Both the position numbers and the translations under genes were made by a program. Shown here in pieces: positions 23,150-35,754 of a stretch of 54,805 bases of DNA. How positions within the stretch are numbered: position 1 is the stretch's first letter; every line of letters begins with the position of its first letter. Under the pieces are notes generated by a model. The model was not told where the DNA came from and did no database searches. It worked only from the letters and a program-made list of their open reading frames with translations. Source of the DNA: an uncultured Thiopseudomonas sp. (GTDB lineage: Bacteria; Pseudomonadota; Gammaproteobacteria; Pseudomonadales; Pseudomonadaceae); contig CAZBXG010000001.1 in assembly GCA_964495925.1 (NCBI GenBank), positions 21,336-76,140 of the forward strand. The letters run 5' to 3'.

Positions 23150-24457
23150 TTGAACTCAAAACAGGAATACGAGGCCGAGCGTACGCTGCTGGTGCATCTG
23201 GACAGCGTGCGCATGGACGAACGCGAAGACCCGGACGAATTCATGGAGCTGGCATTGTCTGCTGGCGCTGCCGTGGTCGAAATGATCAAAATCAACCGTT
23301 ACCAGCCGAGCGCCCGCTTTTTGATTGGGGCTGGTAAGGTTGAGGAGTTGGCGGAGCAGATACAAGAGCAAAATATCGAACTGGTTATTTTCAACCAGAA
23401 CCTCACGCCCAGCCAGGAACGCAATCTTGAGCGTGCGCTGGACTGCCGTGTGCTCGACCGTGTTGGGCTGATTCTGGATATTTTTGCCCAGCGGGCCCAC
23501 ACCCACGAAGGCAAGCTACAGGTCGAACTGGCGCAGCTGGAACATATCAGCACTCGTCTGGTACGCAGTCGTACCGACCTGAGCCGTCAACAGGGTGGTA
23601 TCGGCTTGCGCGGGCCGGGCGAGACCCAGCTGGAAAGTGATCGCCGCCTGTTGCGGGGACGTATGCGCCAAATCCGCAGCCGGCTGGAAAAGGTCCGTAA
23701 CCAGCGCGAACTGGCCCGCCGCAGTCGTCGTCGTGCTGAGATTCCCGCAGTGTCTCTGGTCGGCTATACCAACGCCGGCAAATCGACCCTGTTCAACCGG
23801 CTGACCGAAGCCAGTGTTTACGCAGCCGACCAGCTGTTTGCCACCCTTGATCCGACAGTGCGCCGGCTTGAGCTGGAAAACGTAGGTCCGGTGATGCTGG
23901 TGGATACTGTCGGATTTATCCGCCATTTGCCACACAAGCTGGTTGAGGCATTTCGTGCCACTCTGGAAGAGTCGGCCAGTGCTGATTTATTACTGCATGT
24001 GATTGATGCGGCAGCCGAGCAGCGTGACGAACAGATCGGGCAGGTGCAGGCGGTGCTGGCCGAAATCGGTGCTGCTGATATCCCCATGCTTGAGGTATAT
24101 AACAAAACGGACTTGCTGGAAGCGGTAGAGCCACATATTCAGCATAATGCTGACGGGGTGCCGGTGCGGGTCTGGTTGTCAGCGCAGGAACAAACCGGGC
24201 TGGATTTGTTGCTGGAAGCGATTGCCGGGTGCCTGGGGCGGGAAATGTATCACGCAACTCTCCGTTTGCCACCGCAGATGGCCAGGTTGCGAGGATTGTT
24301 GTTTGATGCTGACGCGGTAGTCGGTGAGGAGTACACCGAAGAAGGTGAGGCTCTACTGGCCGTCAGTTTGCCATTGATGGAGCTGAATCGTCTGCTCAGT
24401 CGTGAAAAAATAGAATTTGACCAGTTTGTTCAGTACTTTGTCTACAAAGCAGACTGA
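23150..24457 (+). CDS. hflX: Ribosome-splitting GTPase HflX
   Basis: GYTNAGKST, LFATLDPT, DTVGF, NKTD; TTG start. Confidence 0.97.
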   Translation: MNSKQEYEAERTLLVHLDSVRMDEREDPDEFMELALSAGAAVVEMIKINRYQPSARFLIGAGKVEELAEQIQEQNIELVIFNQNLTPSQERNLERALDCRVLDRVGLILDIFAQRAHTHEGKLQVELAQLEHISTRLVRSRTDLSRQQGGIGLRGPGETQLESDRRLLRGRMRQIRSRLEKVRNQRELARRSRRRAEIPAVSLVGYTNAGKSTLFNRLTEASVYAADQLFATLDPTVRRLELENVGPVMLVDTVGFIRHLPHKLVEAFRATLEESASADLLLHVIDAAAEQRDEQIGQVQAVLAEIGAADIPMLEVYNKTDLLEAVEPHIQHNADGVPVRVWLSAQEQTGLDLLLEAIAGCLGREMYHATLRLPPQMARLRGLLFDADAVVGEEYTEEGEALLAVSLPLMELNRLLSREKIEFDQFVQYFVYKAD

Positions 24458-24555
24458 TTCCATGACGTTGTCAGCCGACTGCTTTACAATGTCGTCAATA
24501 TTTACTTGTACATGCGGTCGTTTGTGGCCGCCAATCAACTTTGATGGAGAACGCT

Positions 24556-25713
24556 ATGGCCTGGAATGAGCCGGGTGACAACTCGAACAACCAGGATCCC
24601 TGGGGCAACCGCAATAACAAAGGCGGGGGCCGGCAAGGGCCGCCAGATCTGGATGAAGCTTTGCGTAAGCTGCAAGACAACCTTAACGGCCTGTTTGGCG
24701 GCAAGAAAAAACCTGCCGGAAAAGGTTCTGGTGCTGGTTTTGGCGTGATTTTGCTGGCAGTGGCACTGCTGGGTGCTTTCTGGCTGTATAACGCCATTTA
24801 TGTGGTGGACGAGCAGGAACAGGCCGTTATTTTGCGTTTCGGTAAATATCACCAGACAGTGGGGCCGGGTCTGAATATTTACTTTCCACCCATCGAAACC
24901 AAGTTTCAGCATAACGTCACCCGTGAACGGGCATATAGCCGTCAGGGGCCGATGCTGACCGAAGATGAAAACATCATCGAGGTACCGCTAACTGTTCAGT
25001 ACAAAGTCAGCAATCTGCAGGACTTTGTACTGAATGTCGATGGCCCCGAGATCAGTTTGCAGCATGCGACTGAAAGTGCTTTGCGTCACGAGGTGGGTTC
25101 CACTTCAATGGACCAGGTGTTGACCGAGGGGCGTGAGTTGCTGGCGGTAGAGGTGAAGGATCGTCTGCAACGTTTTCTTGACTTGTACCGCACCGGTATT
25201 GCTGTCACCCAGGTGAACGTACAGAATGCGCAGGCACCACGAGAAGTGCAGGAAGCCTTTGATGACGTGATTCGCGCGCGGGAAGACGAGCAGCGTGAGA
25301 AGAACAATGCTGAAACCTACGCCAACGGTGTGGTACCGGAAGCCCGTGGCCAGGCCCAGCGTATTCTTGAAGAGGCCAGTGGTTATCGCGATGAAGTGAT
25401 TGCCCGTGCCGAGGGTGAGTCCGAACGCTTTACCAAGCTGCTGGCCGAATACAAAAAAGCCCCTGAAGTCACACGTCAGCGCTTGTACCTGGAAACCATG
25501 GAAGAGATGTACAGCAACTCCAGCAAGGTGCTGTTGAGTGGCGGCGAGGGGCAGAACAGCCTGATGTATTTGCCGCTAGACAAGCTGATGGAAAACCGTG
25601 GCACAACCGTAGCACCAGTTCGTCAGACCCAGCCGGCAACACCGGCAGTCAGTCAGGATGTGCCGGTAACCACTGAAACCCTGTCAAACACCATGCGCAG
25701 CCGGAGTCGATAA
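24556..25713 (+). CDS. hflK: FtsH modulator HflK
   Basis: MAWNEPG...GPPDLDE N-terminus and SPFH domain. Confidence 0.97.
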   Translation: MAWNEPGDNSNNQDPWGNRNNKGGGRQGPPDLDEALRKLQDNLNGLFGGKKKPAGKGSGAGFGVILLAVALLGAFWLYNAIYVVDEQEQAVILRFGKYHQTVGPGLNIYFPPIETKFQHNVTRERAYSRQGPMLTEDENIIEVPLTVQYKVSNLQDFVLNVDGPEISLQHATESALRHEVGSTSMDQVLTEGRELLAVEVKDRLQRFLDLYRTGIAVTQVNVQNAQAPREVQEAFDDVIRAREDEQREKNNAETYANGVVPEARGQAQRILEEASGYRDEVIARAEGESERFTKLLAEYKKAPEVTRQRLYLETMEEMYSNSSKVLLSGGEGQNSLMYLPLDKLMENRGTTVAPVRQTQPATPAVSQDVPVTTETLSNTMRSRSR

Positions 25714-26583
25714 ATGAGCAACAAGTCACTTTTCACCCTGATCGCCGGTGCAGTGTTGGCGCTGGTGGCCTGGAACAGCTTCTATATTGTGGCGCAAACC
25801 GAGCGGGCGGTATTGCTGCAGTTCGGTAAGGTTTCCGAGCCCGACGTGCAGCCGGGTCTGCACATGAAAATTCCTTACGTTAACCAGGTGCGCAAGTTTG
25901 ATGGCCGCTTGTTGACCCTGGATGCGCCGAGTCAACGCTTTCTGACCCTGGAAAAGAAAGCAGTCATGGTTGATGCTTTTGCCAAGTGGCGGGTCGCCAA
26001 TGCTGACCAGTACTACACCGCGACGTCCGGCATGAAGCTGGTGGCCGACGAGCGCCTGGCGCGTCGTCTGGAAGCCGGTTTGCGTGACCAGTTTGGTAAG
26101 CGCACCTTGCATGAAGTGGTGAGTGGCCAGCGCGATGAGCTGATGGCCAACATCACTGCCTCGCTGGACAAGCTGGCACGAAAAGAGCTGGGCATTGAAG
26201 TCATTGATGTGCGGGTCAAGTCGATTGACTTGCCGCGCGAGGTGAACCGTAGCGTATTTGAGCGCATGAGCTCGGAGCGCGCCCGTGAAGCCCGTGAACA
26301 CCGTGCCAAAGGTAAGGAGCTGGCAGAAGGTATTCGTGCTGATGCTGACCGTCAGCGTCGGGTGTTGCTGGCTGAAGCCTACCGTGAGGCCGAAGAAATT
26401 CGAGGTGACGGTGATGCGCGTTCTACCGCCATCTATGCCAAAGCGTTTGGCCTGGATGCCGATTTCTATGCGTTTTATCGCAGCCTGCAAGCCTATCGGG
26501 ACAGTTTCTCCAGCAAGAGCGATGTGTTGGTATTGTCGCCAGACAGTGATTTTTTCCGCTTTATGCAGCAACAGAAGCCCTGA
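25714..26583 (+). CDS. hflC: FtsH modulator HflC
   Basis: N-terminal TM, SPFH domain, FYAFYRSLQAY...SDFFRFM. Confidence 0.97.
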   Translation: MSNKSLFTLIAGAVLALVAWNSFYIVAQTERAVLLQFGKVSEPDVQPGLHMKIPYVNQVRKFDGRLLTLDAPSQRFLTLEKKAVMVDAFAKWRVANADQYYTATSGMKLVADERLARRLEAGLRDQFGKRTLHEVVSGQRDELMANITASLDKLARKELGIEVIDVRVKSIDLPREVNRSVFERMSSERAREAREHRAKGKELAEGIRADADRQRRVLLAEAYREAEEIRGDGDARSTAIYAKAFGLDADFYAFYRSLQAYRDSFSSKSDVLVLSPDSDFFRFMQQQKP

Positions 26584-26592
26584 TCTGCAACC

Positions 26593-26627
26593 AAAAAAGC
26601 CCCTTGCTTAGGCATAGGGGCTTTTTT
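26593..26627 (+). terminator. Intrinsic terminator after hflC
   Basis: aaaaaagcccct...aggggctttttt inverted repeat. Confidence 0.85.
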
Positions 26628-26750
26628 GTGCGCGGGTAAAGTCTAAAAAGGTATAAAGGTTTCTCGGTTTTTGTTAGAATCGGCGGCAGTATGTAAATAG
26701 AGAAACCAATTTCAAGCGCAGACTGCCAGCATGCCGGCAGTTCGCATGAC

Positions 26751-26773
26751 AGACCGGGCCGCCCGGTTTTTTT
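26751..26773 (+). terminator. Terminator-like hairpin in the hisZ leader
   Basis: accggg-ccg-cccggt followed by a T run, about 66 nt before the hisZ ATG. Confidence 0.6.
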
Positions 26774-26839
26774 ATGTTTGCACAGATACTATGCCAGCCT
26801 GCTGTGGCGCAGCGGTTGTGCGGGTGGAAAGGGGGAAAC

Positions 26840-29379
<2,540 letters not shown>

Positions 29380-29409
29380 TGTGGCTTGAGGGCTGTTGAT
29401 ACAGCATTG

Positions 29410-29446
29410 AAAAACGGCACCTGTGCGAGCAGTGTGCCGTTTTTTT
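29410..29446 (+). terminator. Intrinsic terminator after purA
   Basis: aaaacggcac...gtgccgtttt followed by a T run. Confidence 0.82.
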
Positions 29447-29521
29447 ATTCGTACGTTTGCTGTCCGGTTTTGTGCTGGCCGGTGGCGGCTGGAGTTGCGG
29501 ACTTGTGAGTCGGCAGGCAAT

Positions 29522-29556
29522 AAAAAACCCTCGAGCGTAAACTTGAGGGTTTTTTT
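29522..29556 (-). terminator. Terminator for the tRNA-Leu pair (bidirectional form)
   Basis: aaaaaaccctcgag-cgtaaa-cttgagggtttttt immediately 3' of the tRNA. Confidence 0.85.
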
Positions 29557-29559
29557 GTA

Positions 29560-29646
29560 TGGTGCCCAGGAGAAGACTCGAACTTCCACAGCCGTTAAGC
29601 CACTAGTACCTGAAACTAGCGTGTCTACCAATTCCACCACCTGGGC
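29560..29646 (-). tRNA. tRNA-Leu(CAG)
   Basis: 87-nt cloverleaf GCCCAGG...CCTGGGCACCA; anticodon arm CTAGT-TTCAGGT-ACTAG; long variable arm. Confidence 0.97.
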
Positions 29647-29741
29647 AGGGCGCAGATTATACTGTTATAAGTTACGACAAAGCAAGTCGTTAAGCGTATA
29701 ATCTAAGCCAGATTGCCATTTCAATGTTGTCATTCATGATT

Positions 29742-29828
29742 TGGTGCCCAGGAGAAGACTCGAACTTCCACAGCCGTTAAGCCACTAGTACCTGAAACTA
29801 GCGTGTCTACCAATTCCACCACCTGGGC
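29742..29828 (-). tRNA. tRNA-Leu(CAG), identical second copy
   Basis: Same 87-nt sequence as 29560-29646. Confidence 0.97.
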
Positions 29829-29885
29829 ACATACATCAATCATTCATCACAATTTGCATTGCAACTCTGGCGTTGTGCGGGCGAG

Positions 29886-29914
29886 AATATACGTCCCCAG
29901 AATGCATTTGTAAA
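29886..29914 (-). promoter_or_regulatory. Putative sigma70 promoter for the tRNA-Leu pair
   Basis: Minus strand TTTACA-N17-TATATT followed by GC-rich discriminator ctcgcccgc. Confidence 0.6.
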
Positions 29915-29975
29915 GCCCTGAAGGAAAAATACTTCAGGCAATACCTTATTTTAGAGTCAAAAGGATAGAAGAATT

Positions 29976-32411
29976 TTGAAAGCCAAATGGCAGGGGCAAG
30001 ACCCCGAAGCCGCGCAAGAAGCGCAAAAATATGAGAACCCCATTCCCAGTCGCACCCTGATTTTGCAGCATCTGGCCGAACGTGGTGCGCCGGCAACCCG
30101 TGAGCAGCTTTGTGCCGAGTTCGGTTTGTGTGACGAAGATGATATCGAGGCGGTACGCCGTCGCCTGCGGGCGATGGAGCGTGATGCCCAAGTGGTATAT
30201 ACCCGTCGTGGCGCTTACGCGCCCGTGGACAAGCTGGATCTGGTAGCAGGTCGTGTGCAAGGTCATCGCGACGGCTTTGGCTGGCTGCTGCCCGAAGGCG
30301 AGGGCGAAGACATTTTCCTTAGCCCGGTGCAGATGCGTAGCGTCTTCCACGGCGATCGTGTACTGGTGCGAGTTGCCGGTTTTGACAAGCGTGGCCGTCG
30401 TGAGGGCGTAGTGGCTGAAGTAGTCGAGCGCGCCCGTGAAAGTCTGGTTGGCCGCTACCACGAAGAAAATGGTCTGGGCTTTGTCATTCCTGACAATACG
30501 CGCATGCAACATGAAATTATCATCACGCCCGGCATGTCCGGCGGGGCGCAGGTCGGCCAGCTGGTCGAGGTGCATATCAGCCACTGGCCAACCGCCCGGA
30601 TGCCCGCGCAAGGTGCTGTGATGCGAGTGCTGGGTGACTATATGGCGCCCGGCATGGAAATTGACGTTGCCATTCGCAACTACGATATTCCTCACGAATG
30701 GCCCGAGGCAGTGCTGAAAGAAGCCGGACGCTTCAGTGATGAAGTCAGCGACAAGGACAAGCTCAAGCGTATTGATTTGCGTGATCTGCCCTTTGTTACC
30801 ATTGACGGTGTTGATGCCCGCGATTTTGACGATGCGGTTTATTGTGAGCCGACAGGTGATCCGGAGCAGGGTGGCTGGCAGCTCTATGTGGCGATAGCTG
30901 ATGTTTCGCACTATGTGCAAATCGGTTCTGCACTGGATGCAGAGGCAGCCAAGCGGGGTAACTCGGTTTATTTTCCGGAGCGGGTCATTCCCATGCTGCC
31001 GGTTGAGCTGTCCAATGGATTGTGTTCGCTTAATCCGGATGTGGACCGTCTGGCCATGGTGTGTCAGGCGCGAGTGTCGCGGAGCGGGAAAATTCAGCAA
31101 TACAGCTTTTTTGAAGCAGTCATCCGCTCGCATGCCCGCCTGACTTATGATGAAGTGGGTGCCATTCTGGAGCATCCCGAGAGTAAAGAAGGTAGAGAGG
31201 CGAGCAAACAGCGCAAAGCGCTGGTGCCGCATTTGCAAGATCTTTATGACTTGTACAAGGCGTTGGCCAAACAGCGCAAGAATCGTGGTGCAATCGATTT
31301 CGAGACTCGCGAGACCTATATTGTTTTTGGCGAGGATCGCAAAATTGCCGAAATTCTGCCGACCGAACGCAATGATGCCCACAAGCTGATTGAGGAGTGC
31401 ATGCTGTGCGCCAACGTGGCCATGGCTGACTTTTTGCACACTCACAAACTACCGGGACTGTACCGGATTCACGATGGTCCGCCGGAAGCCAAGTTGGAAA
31501 AACTGCAGGGCTTTTTGGCGACTCTTGGCCTGAGTGTAAACAAGGGTAAACAGCTGCCAACCCCGCAGGACTACTTGCGACTGTTGGAGCAGGTGCGTGA
31601 GCGGCCTGATTTCGAACTGATTCAGACGGTCATGCTGCGCTCGTTGAGTCAGGCGGAGTACAGCCCGGAAGATATTGGTCACTTTGGTTTGAATTACGAG
31701 TCGTATACGCACTTTACTTCGCCGATTCGCCGTTATGCCGACTTGCTGAATCACCGGGCAGTTCGCAGCATTATTCGTTCCAAACGACAGTCCGAGCGCG
31801 TCGTGCGTGCTGGCGCGAGCCCCCTGCCTAAAGCGAAGATTTACCCTTACGACCTATCGCAGCTGGAAGCGATTGGCGTGGCGATCTCGGCCACCGAGCG
31901 ACGGGCTGACGAAGCTACGCGCGATGTGGTGACCTGGCTCAAGTGTGAATTTATGCTGGAGCGCATTGGTGAGATTTACTCTGGTGTGGTGACGGCAGTC
32001 ACCGGCTTTGGCCTGTTTGTCGAGCTGGACGACATTTTTGTCGAAGGCATGGTGCACATAACAGCCTTGCCTGCCGACTATTATCATTTTGAGGCGGTTT
32101 ATCATCGTTTGGTGGGGGAGCGCAGCGGTCGTAATTATCGACTGGGCGACAGCATTGAAGTGGTGGTAGCGCGTGTTGATCTGGACGAGCGCAAAATTGA
32201 TTTCGAGCTGAGTCAGGCCGAGCAGCAAGCGCGGGTGAAAACACGGATGCGTCCAGCGGGTGAGTCGGCAGGGGGTGGCAAAGGCAGACAGAAAGCCATG
32301 CCAAAAACTGATAAGTCGGCTGTGAAGGAACCAGTTGGTAAAGCAAAGAAGGCGCAGGGTAAAAAGCGCAAGGCAGTGAGCAAGTCGAGGAAGTCTGGCT
32401 ACTATGAGTGA
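29976..32411 (+). CDS. rnr: Ribonuclease R
   Basis: YENPIPSR N-terminus, cold-shock domains, [23 protein letters not shown]1 domain, basic tail; TTG start. Confidence 0.97.
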   Translation: MKAKWQGQDPEAAQEAQKYENPIPSRTLILQHLAERGAPATREQLCAEFGLCDEDDIEAVRRRLRAMERDAQVVYTRRGAYAPVDKLDLVAGRVQGHRDGFGWLLPEGEGEDIFLSPVQMRSVFHGDRVLVRVAGFDKRGRREGVVAEVVERARESLVGRYHEENGLGFVIPDNTRMQHEIIITPGMSGGAQVGQLVEVHISHWPTARMPAQGAVMRVLGDYMAPGMEIDVAIRNYDIPHEWPEAVLKEAGRFSDEVSDKDKLKRIDLRDLPFVTIDGVDARDFDDAVYCEPTGDPEQGGWQLYVAIADVSHYVQIGSALDAEAAKRGNSVYFPERVIPMLPVELSNGLCSLNPDVDRLAMVCQARVSRSGKIQQYSFFEAVIRSHARLTYDEVGAILEHPESKEGREASKQRKALVPHLQDLYDLYKALAKQRKNRGAIDFETRETYIVFGEDRKIAEILPTERNDAHKLIEECMLCANVAMADFLHTHKLPGLYRIHDGPPEAKLEKLQGFLATLGLSVNKGKQLPTPQDYLRLLEQVRERPDFELIQTVMLRSLSQAEYSPEDIGHFGLNYESYTHFTSPIRRYADLLNHRAVRSIIRSKRQSERVVRAGASPLPKAKIYPYDLSQLEAIGVAISATERRADEATRDVVTWLKCEFMLERIGEIYSGVVTAVTGFGLFVELDDIFVEGMVHITALPADYYHFEAVYHRLVGERSGRNYRLGDSIEVVVARVDLDERKIDFELSQAEQQARVKTRMRPAGESAGGGKGRQKAMPKTDKSAVKEPVGKAKKAQGKKRKAVSKSRKSGYYE

Positions 32412-33144
32412 TCTGGAACAGGTATACGGGATTCATGCGGTCAGTGCTTTGCTGGCCCATCACCCAAAGCGGGTCAAGCAGTTATGGCTGGCCAAAGGCC
32501 GGCAGGACGCCAGTGTTGAGGCGCTGCGTGAGCAGGCGCAAACCATGCGCATAGAGGTTCGTCTGGTTGAGCGTGCCGAGCTGGATGAAAAAACGGATGG
32601 CGTGCATCAGGGTGTGCTGGCACTGGTCAGCCCGAGCCAGATCTGGGGCGAAGCCATGCTGGACGAGCTGCTGGACCGTACCTCTGAGCCGGTACTGTTG
32701 CTGGTGCTGGATGGTGTGACTGATCCGCACAACCTGGGTGCTTGCTTGCGTACTGCCGATGCGGCAGGTGTGCACGCAGTGATTATTCCCAAGGACAAGT
32801 CCGCTACTCTGAATGCCACAGTCCGCAAGGTGGCCTGTGGCGCTGCCGAAGTCGTGCCGTTGGTGGCAGTGACCAACCTGGCGCGTACTTTGCAAAATTT
32901 ACAGAAAAAAGGCGTGTGGATTGCCGGCACTGCCGGTGAGGCGCAGGCCAGTATCTATCAGCAGGATTTGCGCGGACCGCTGGCGCTGGTGATGGGTGCA
33001 GAAGGCAAGGGTATGCGCCGCCTGACCCGGGAGCATTGTGACTATCTGGTCAAGCTACCGATGCTGGGTTCGGTGAGCAGCCTGAACGTCTCGGTAGCGA
33101 GCGGGGTTTGTCTGTTCGAAATCCGGCGGCAGCGGGGGCTTTAA
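32404..33144 (+). CDS. rlmB: 23S rRNA Gm2251 methyltransferase
   Basis: [35 protein letters not shown] (SPOUT family). Confidence 0.96.
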   Translation: MSDLEQVYGIHAVSALLAHHPKRVKQLWLAKGRQDASVEALREQAQTMRIEVRLVERAELDEKTDGVHQGVLALVSPSQIWGEAMLDELLDRTSEPVLLLVLDGVTDPHNLGACLRTADAAGVHAVIIPKDKSATLNATVRKVACGAAEVVPLVAVTNLARTLQNLQKKGVWIAGTAGEAQASIYQQDLRGPLALVMGAEGKGMRRLTREHCDYLVKLPMLGSVSSLNVSVASGVCLFEIRRQRGL

Positions 33145-33361
33145 GGATAGTGTGATGGAGCTTGATGCTTTTCACTTTGCAACGAGAGCGATGGTGGTGG
33201 CATGCAGGCATAACAAATGCGAGGCAAGTACATCCATGTAGGCACCCTGCAAAGCCGCCTTTGGCAGTACAGAGTTTGCTGCACCTGCATGCTGTCGCCG
33301 CTGCAGATAAGTATTTGTAACGCGCAAGCCGGGAGCAGGCGCTTCTTATGGTATCCATAGA

Positions 33362-33390
33362 TTGCACCTGTCCCGGCGTTCGGATAGAAT
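33362..33390 (+). promoter_or_regulatory. Putative sigma70 promoter of the rpsF operon
   Basis: TTGCAC-N17-TAGAAT followed by GC-rich gcgccc. Confidence 0.65.
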
Positions 33391-33442
33391 ATGCGCCCTT
33401 GTTGTTTCCGTATAAAGGCGGTTGCAGCAGGTTTTTCATTCA

Positions 33443-33488
33443 CTCCTTGTCTGACCGGAATGGCCGGCAGACTACAACCCGTAAGGAG
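33443..33488 (+). promoter_or_regulatory. S6:S18 autoregulatory ribosomal leader RNA
   Basis: CTCCTT pairs with the SD AAGGAG; inner gtctg/cagac and ccgg/ccgg stems; CCG-containing bulge just before the SD, matching the known S6:S18 leader architecture. Confidence 0.7.
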
Positions 33489-33493
33489 CATCT

Positions 33494-33931
33494 ATGCGTC
33501 ATTACGAAATCGTATTCCTGGTCCACCCGGATCAGAGCGAGCAGGTCGGCGGTATGGTCGAGCGCTACACCAAGCTGATCGAAGAAGACGGTGGCAAGGT
33601 ACACCGCCACGAAGACTGGGGCCGCCGTCAACTGGCTTACTCCATCAATGATATCCACAAAGCTCACTACGTACTGCTCAACGTTGAGTGCAGCAGCAAG
33701 GTTCTGGCCGAGCTGGAAGACAGCTTCCGTTATAACGATGCTGTTTTGCGCAACCTGATCATCCGTCGCGACGAAGCTGTTACCGAGCAGTCTGAAATGC
33801 TCAAGGCTGAAGAAGGCCGTAACGAGCGCCGCGAGCGCCGCGAGCGTACCGAAACTGCCGACGAAGACGCCGACGACGAAGATGTCGATGGTGACGACGA
33901 AGACAGCGACAGCGAAGACGCTGACGAGTAA
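33494..33931 (+). CDS. rpsF: 30S ribosomal protein S6
   Basis: [18 protein letters not shown]...[10 protein letters not shown]. Confidence 0.99.
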   Translation: MRHYEIVFLVHPDQSEQVGGMVERYTKLIEEDGGKVHRHEDWGRRQLAYSINDIHKAHYVLLNVECSSKVLAELEDSFRYNDAVLRNLIIRRDEAVTEQSEMLKAEEGRNERRERRERTETADEDADDEDVDGDDEDSDSEDADE

Positions 33932-33959
33932 TCACCGGAATTATTGAGGAGCAACAGTC

Positions 33960-34190
33960 ATGGCACGTTTTTTCCGTCGTCGCAAGTTCTGCCGTTTCAC
34001 CGCAGAAGGCATCCAGGAGATCGACTATAAAGATCTCAACACCCTGAAAGCCTATGTTTCCGAAACCGGCAAAATTGTACCCAGCCGCATTACCGGCACC
34101 AAAGCCAAGTACCAGCGTCAGCTGGCAACCGCCATCAAGCGCGCGCGCTTCCTGGCTTTGCTGCCATACACCGACAGCCACGACCGTTAA
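33960..34190 (+). CDS. rpsR: 30S ribosomal protein S18
   Basis: [13 protein letters not shown]...IDYKD...[10 protein letters not shown]. Confidence 0.99.
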   Translation: MARFFRRRKFCRFTAEGIQEIDYKDLNTLKAYVSETGKIVPSRITGTKAKYQRQLATAIKRARFLALLPYTDSHDR

Positions 34191-34224
34191 TTAACGGCTG
34201 ATCGGATTTAGGATACAAGCAGGC

Positions 34225-35121
34225 ATGCGGGCACTCGCCGAGTACATCATGCGTGGACGCAAGCAGGCAGCCCTTGTGGTTGGCCTGACTGCGGCCCTGC
34301 CCTTACTGTTCTGGCTCAGTGCAGCCGGTGCCAGCCTGGTGCTGCTGCGCAGAGGGTTGGCCCAGTCGATCAATGTCATCGTCTGGGCGCTGGTACCCGC
34401 GCTGATCTGGGCGCTGTACGGCGATCCCTATGTATTGCTGGTGATAGCGGGCAGCCTGGTGATGGCTCATTTGCTGCGCGAGAGTACATCCTGGATCAGG
34501 GTGTTGCTGTGCAGCATGCTGGTCGGACTGGGCGCAGCCTGGATGTTGTCGGTAGTTTTTGCCGATACCATCGGGCAGTTGTCGCAGATGATGCAGGAGG
34601 CCATGCCCAATGTGTTTGCCGAGGCCTGGCAGCAGCTGGATGCAGAGTCACAAGCACGCATGCTTGAGCTGCTGACTCCTGTGCTGACCGGACTGATGGC
34701 AGCAGTAGCACAGATGCTGTCTTTGGCAGCTCTGGTTTTGGCGCGTTACTGGCAGGCAGTCCTGTATAACCCGGGCGGCTTTGGCCAGGAGTTTCGCGCC
34801 ATACGCTTGCCGGCTGCTGTCGCAGGCCTGCTGGTGATGGGCATGCTGCTGGCACCACGCCTGAGTACGCAGGCAGGAGCACTCATGCCCCTGTGTGCGA
34901 TACCGCTGGGTGTGGCAGGTGTGGCCTTGGTGCATGGGGTGGTTGCCCGTTACAAAATGGGGCGTTTTCCCCTGATTGGCTTTTATGTCGGGATGTTCCT
35001 GTTCATACAGCTGCTGTATCCGCTTCTGATTATTTTGGCCTTGGCCGATAGTGTGTTTGATTTTCGTGGGCTCAGGGCATTGGCTAAAAACAATGCAGAT
35101 TCCACGGACAACGGTGAATAA
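34225..35121 (+). CDS. YybS/DUF2232-like membrane protein
   Basis: Multi-TM protein with [19 protein letters not shown]; the conserved pseudomonad gene between rpsR and rplI. Confidence 0.8.
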   Translation: MRALAEYIMRGRKQAALVVGLTAALPLLFWLSAAGASLVLLRRGLAQSINVIVWALVPALIWALYGDPYVLLVIAGSLVMAHLLRESTSWIRVLLCSMLVGLGAAWMLSVVFADTIGQLSQMMQEAMPNVFAEAWQQLDAESQARMLELLTPVLTGLMAAVAQMLSLAALVLARYWQAVLYNPGGFGQEFRAIRLPAAVAGLLVMGMLLAPRLSTQAGALMPLCAIPLGVAGVALVHGVVARYKMGRFPLIGFYVGMFLFIQLLYPLLIILALADSVFDFRGLRALAKNNADSTDNGE

Positions 35122-35144
35122 TATCTTCAAGAGGTGAGACCCAA

Positions 35145-35591
35145 ATGGAAGTCATCCTGCTGGAAAAAGTCGCAAACCTGGGTAACCTGGGCGACAAAGT
35201 TACTGTAAAATCCGGCTACGGCCGTAACTACCTGCTGCCACAAGGCAAAGCCACCGCTGCAACCCCGGAAAACATTGCCGAGTTTGAAGCGCGTCGTGCC
35301 GAACTGGAGCGTGTTGCCAGCGAGAAGCGTGCTGCTGCCGAAGCCCGCGCTGCCCAGCTGAGCGAACTGGTAGTCACCATCACCGCCAACGTAGGTGAGG
35401 AAGGCAAGCTGTTCGGTTCCATTGGTACCCAGGACATCGCAGATGCCCTGACCGCCAGCGGCATCGAAATTGCCAAGAGCGAAGTTCGTCTGCCGGAAGG
35501 CACCATTCGCCAGACCGGCGAGTACGACATTCTGCTGCAACTGCACTCCGAAGTGGATGCAGAAGTTAAGCTGATCGTCACCGGCGAATAA
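35145..35591 (+). CDS. rplI: 50S ribosomal protein L9
   Basis: [13 protein letters not shown]...[16 protein letters not shown]...GKLFGSI. Confidence 0.99.
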   Translation: MEVILLEKVANLGNLGDKVTVKSGYGRNYLLPQGKATAATPENIAEFEARRAELERVASEKRAAAEARAAQLSELVVTITANVGEEGKLFGSIGTQDIADALTASGIEIAKSEVRLPEGTIRQTGEYDILLQLHSEVDAEVKLIVTGE

Positions 35592-35622
35592 GTCACGTAC
35601 AGCCCTTCAGGCTGGTGTGCAC

Positions 35623-35656
35623 AAAAGGCATCTGTCGGTTGGCAGGTGCCTTTTTT
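35623..35656 (+). terminator. Intrinsic terminator after rplI
   Basis: aaaaggcatctgtc-ggtt-ggcaggtgcctttttt. Confidence 0.85.
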
Positions 35657-35754
35657 GTCTGCGCAAAGGATAGAATAAGAACATGATTGCCCCCATATGG
35701 AGGGCACAGGGCTGGTTTGGCCCATACTTCCCCTGGATGTCGATGGCTTGAGTT

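Noticed and set aside
29560-29828. 87-bp direct repeat as an att site or CRISPR-like repeat
   Set aside because: Both copies are complete tRNA-Leu genes with only 95 nt between them; no integrase or cas genes
29946-31445. 499-aa ORF antisense to rnr (similar long antisense ORFs lie over murC, secA, hflC and secD)
   Set aside because: Expected antisense open frames in GC-rich coding DNA; fully overlapped by well-conserved genes
33050-33667. Several short ORFs in the rlmB-rpsF gap
   Set aside because: They overlap real genes, a promoter and the S6:S18 leader; no convincing SD or protein-like composition
33931-33960. priB missing between rpsF and rpsR
   Set aside because: Normal for pseudomonads
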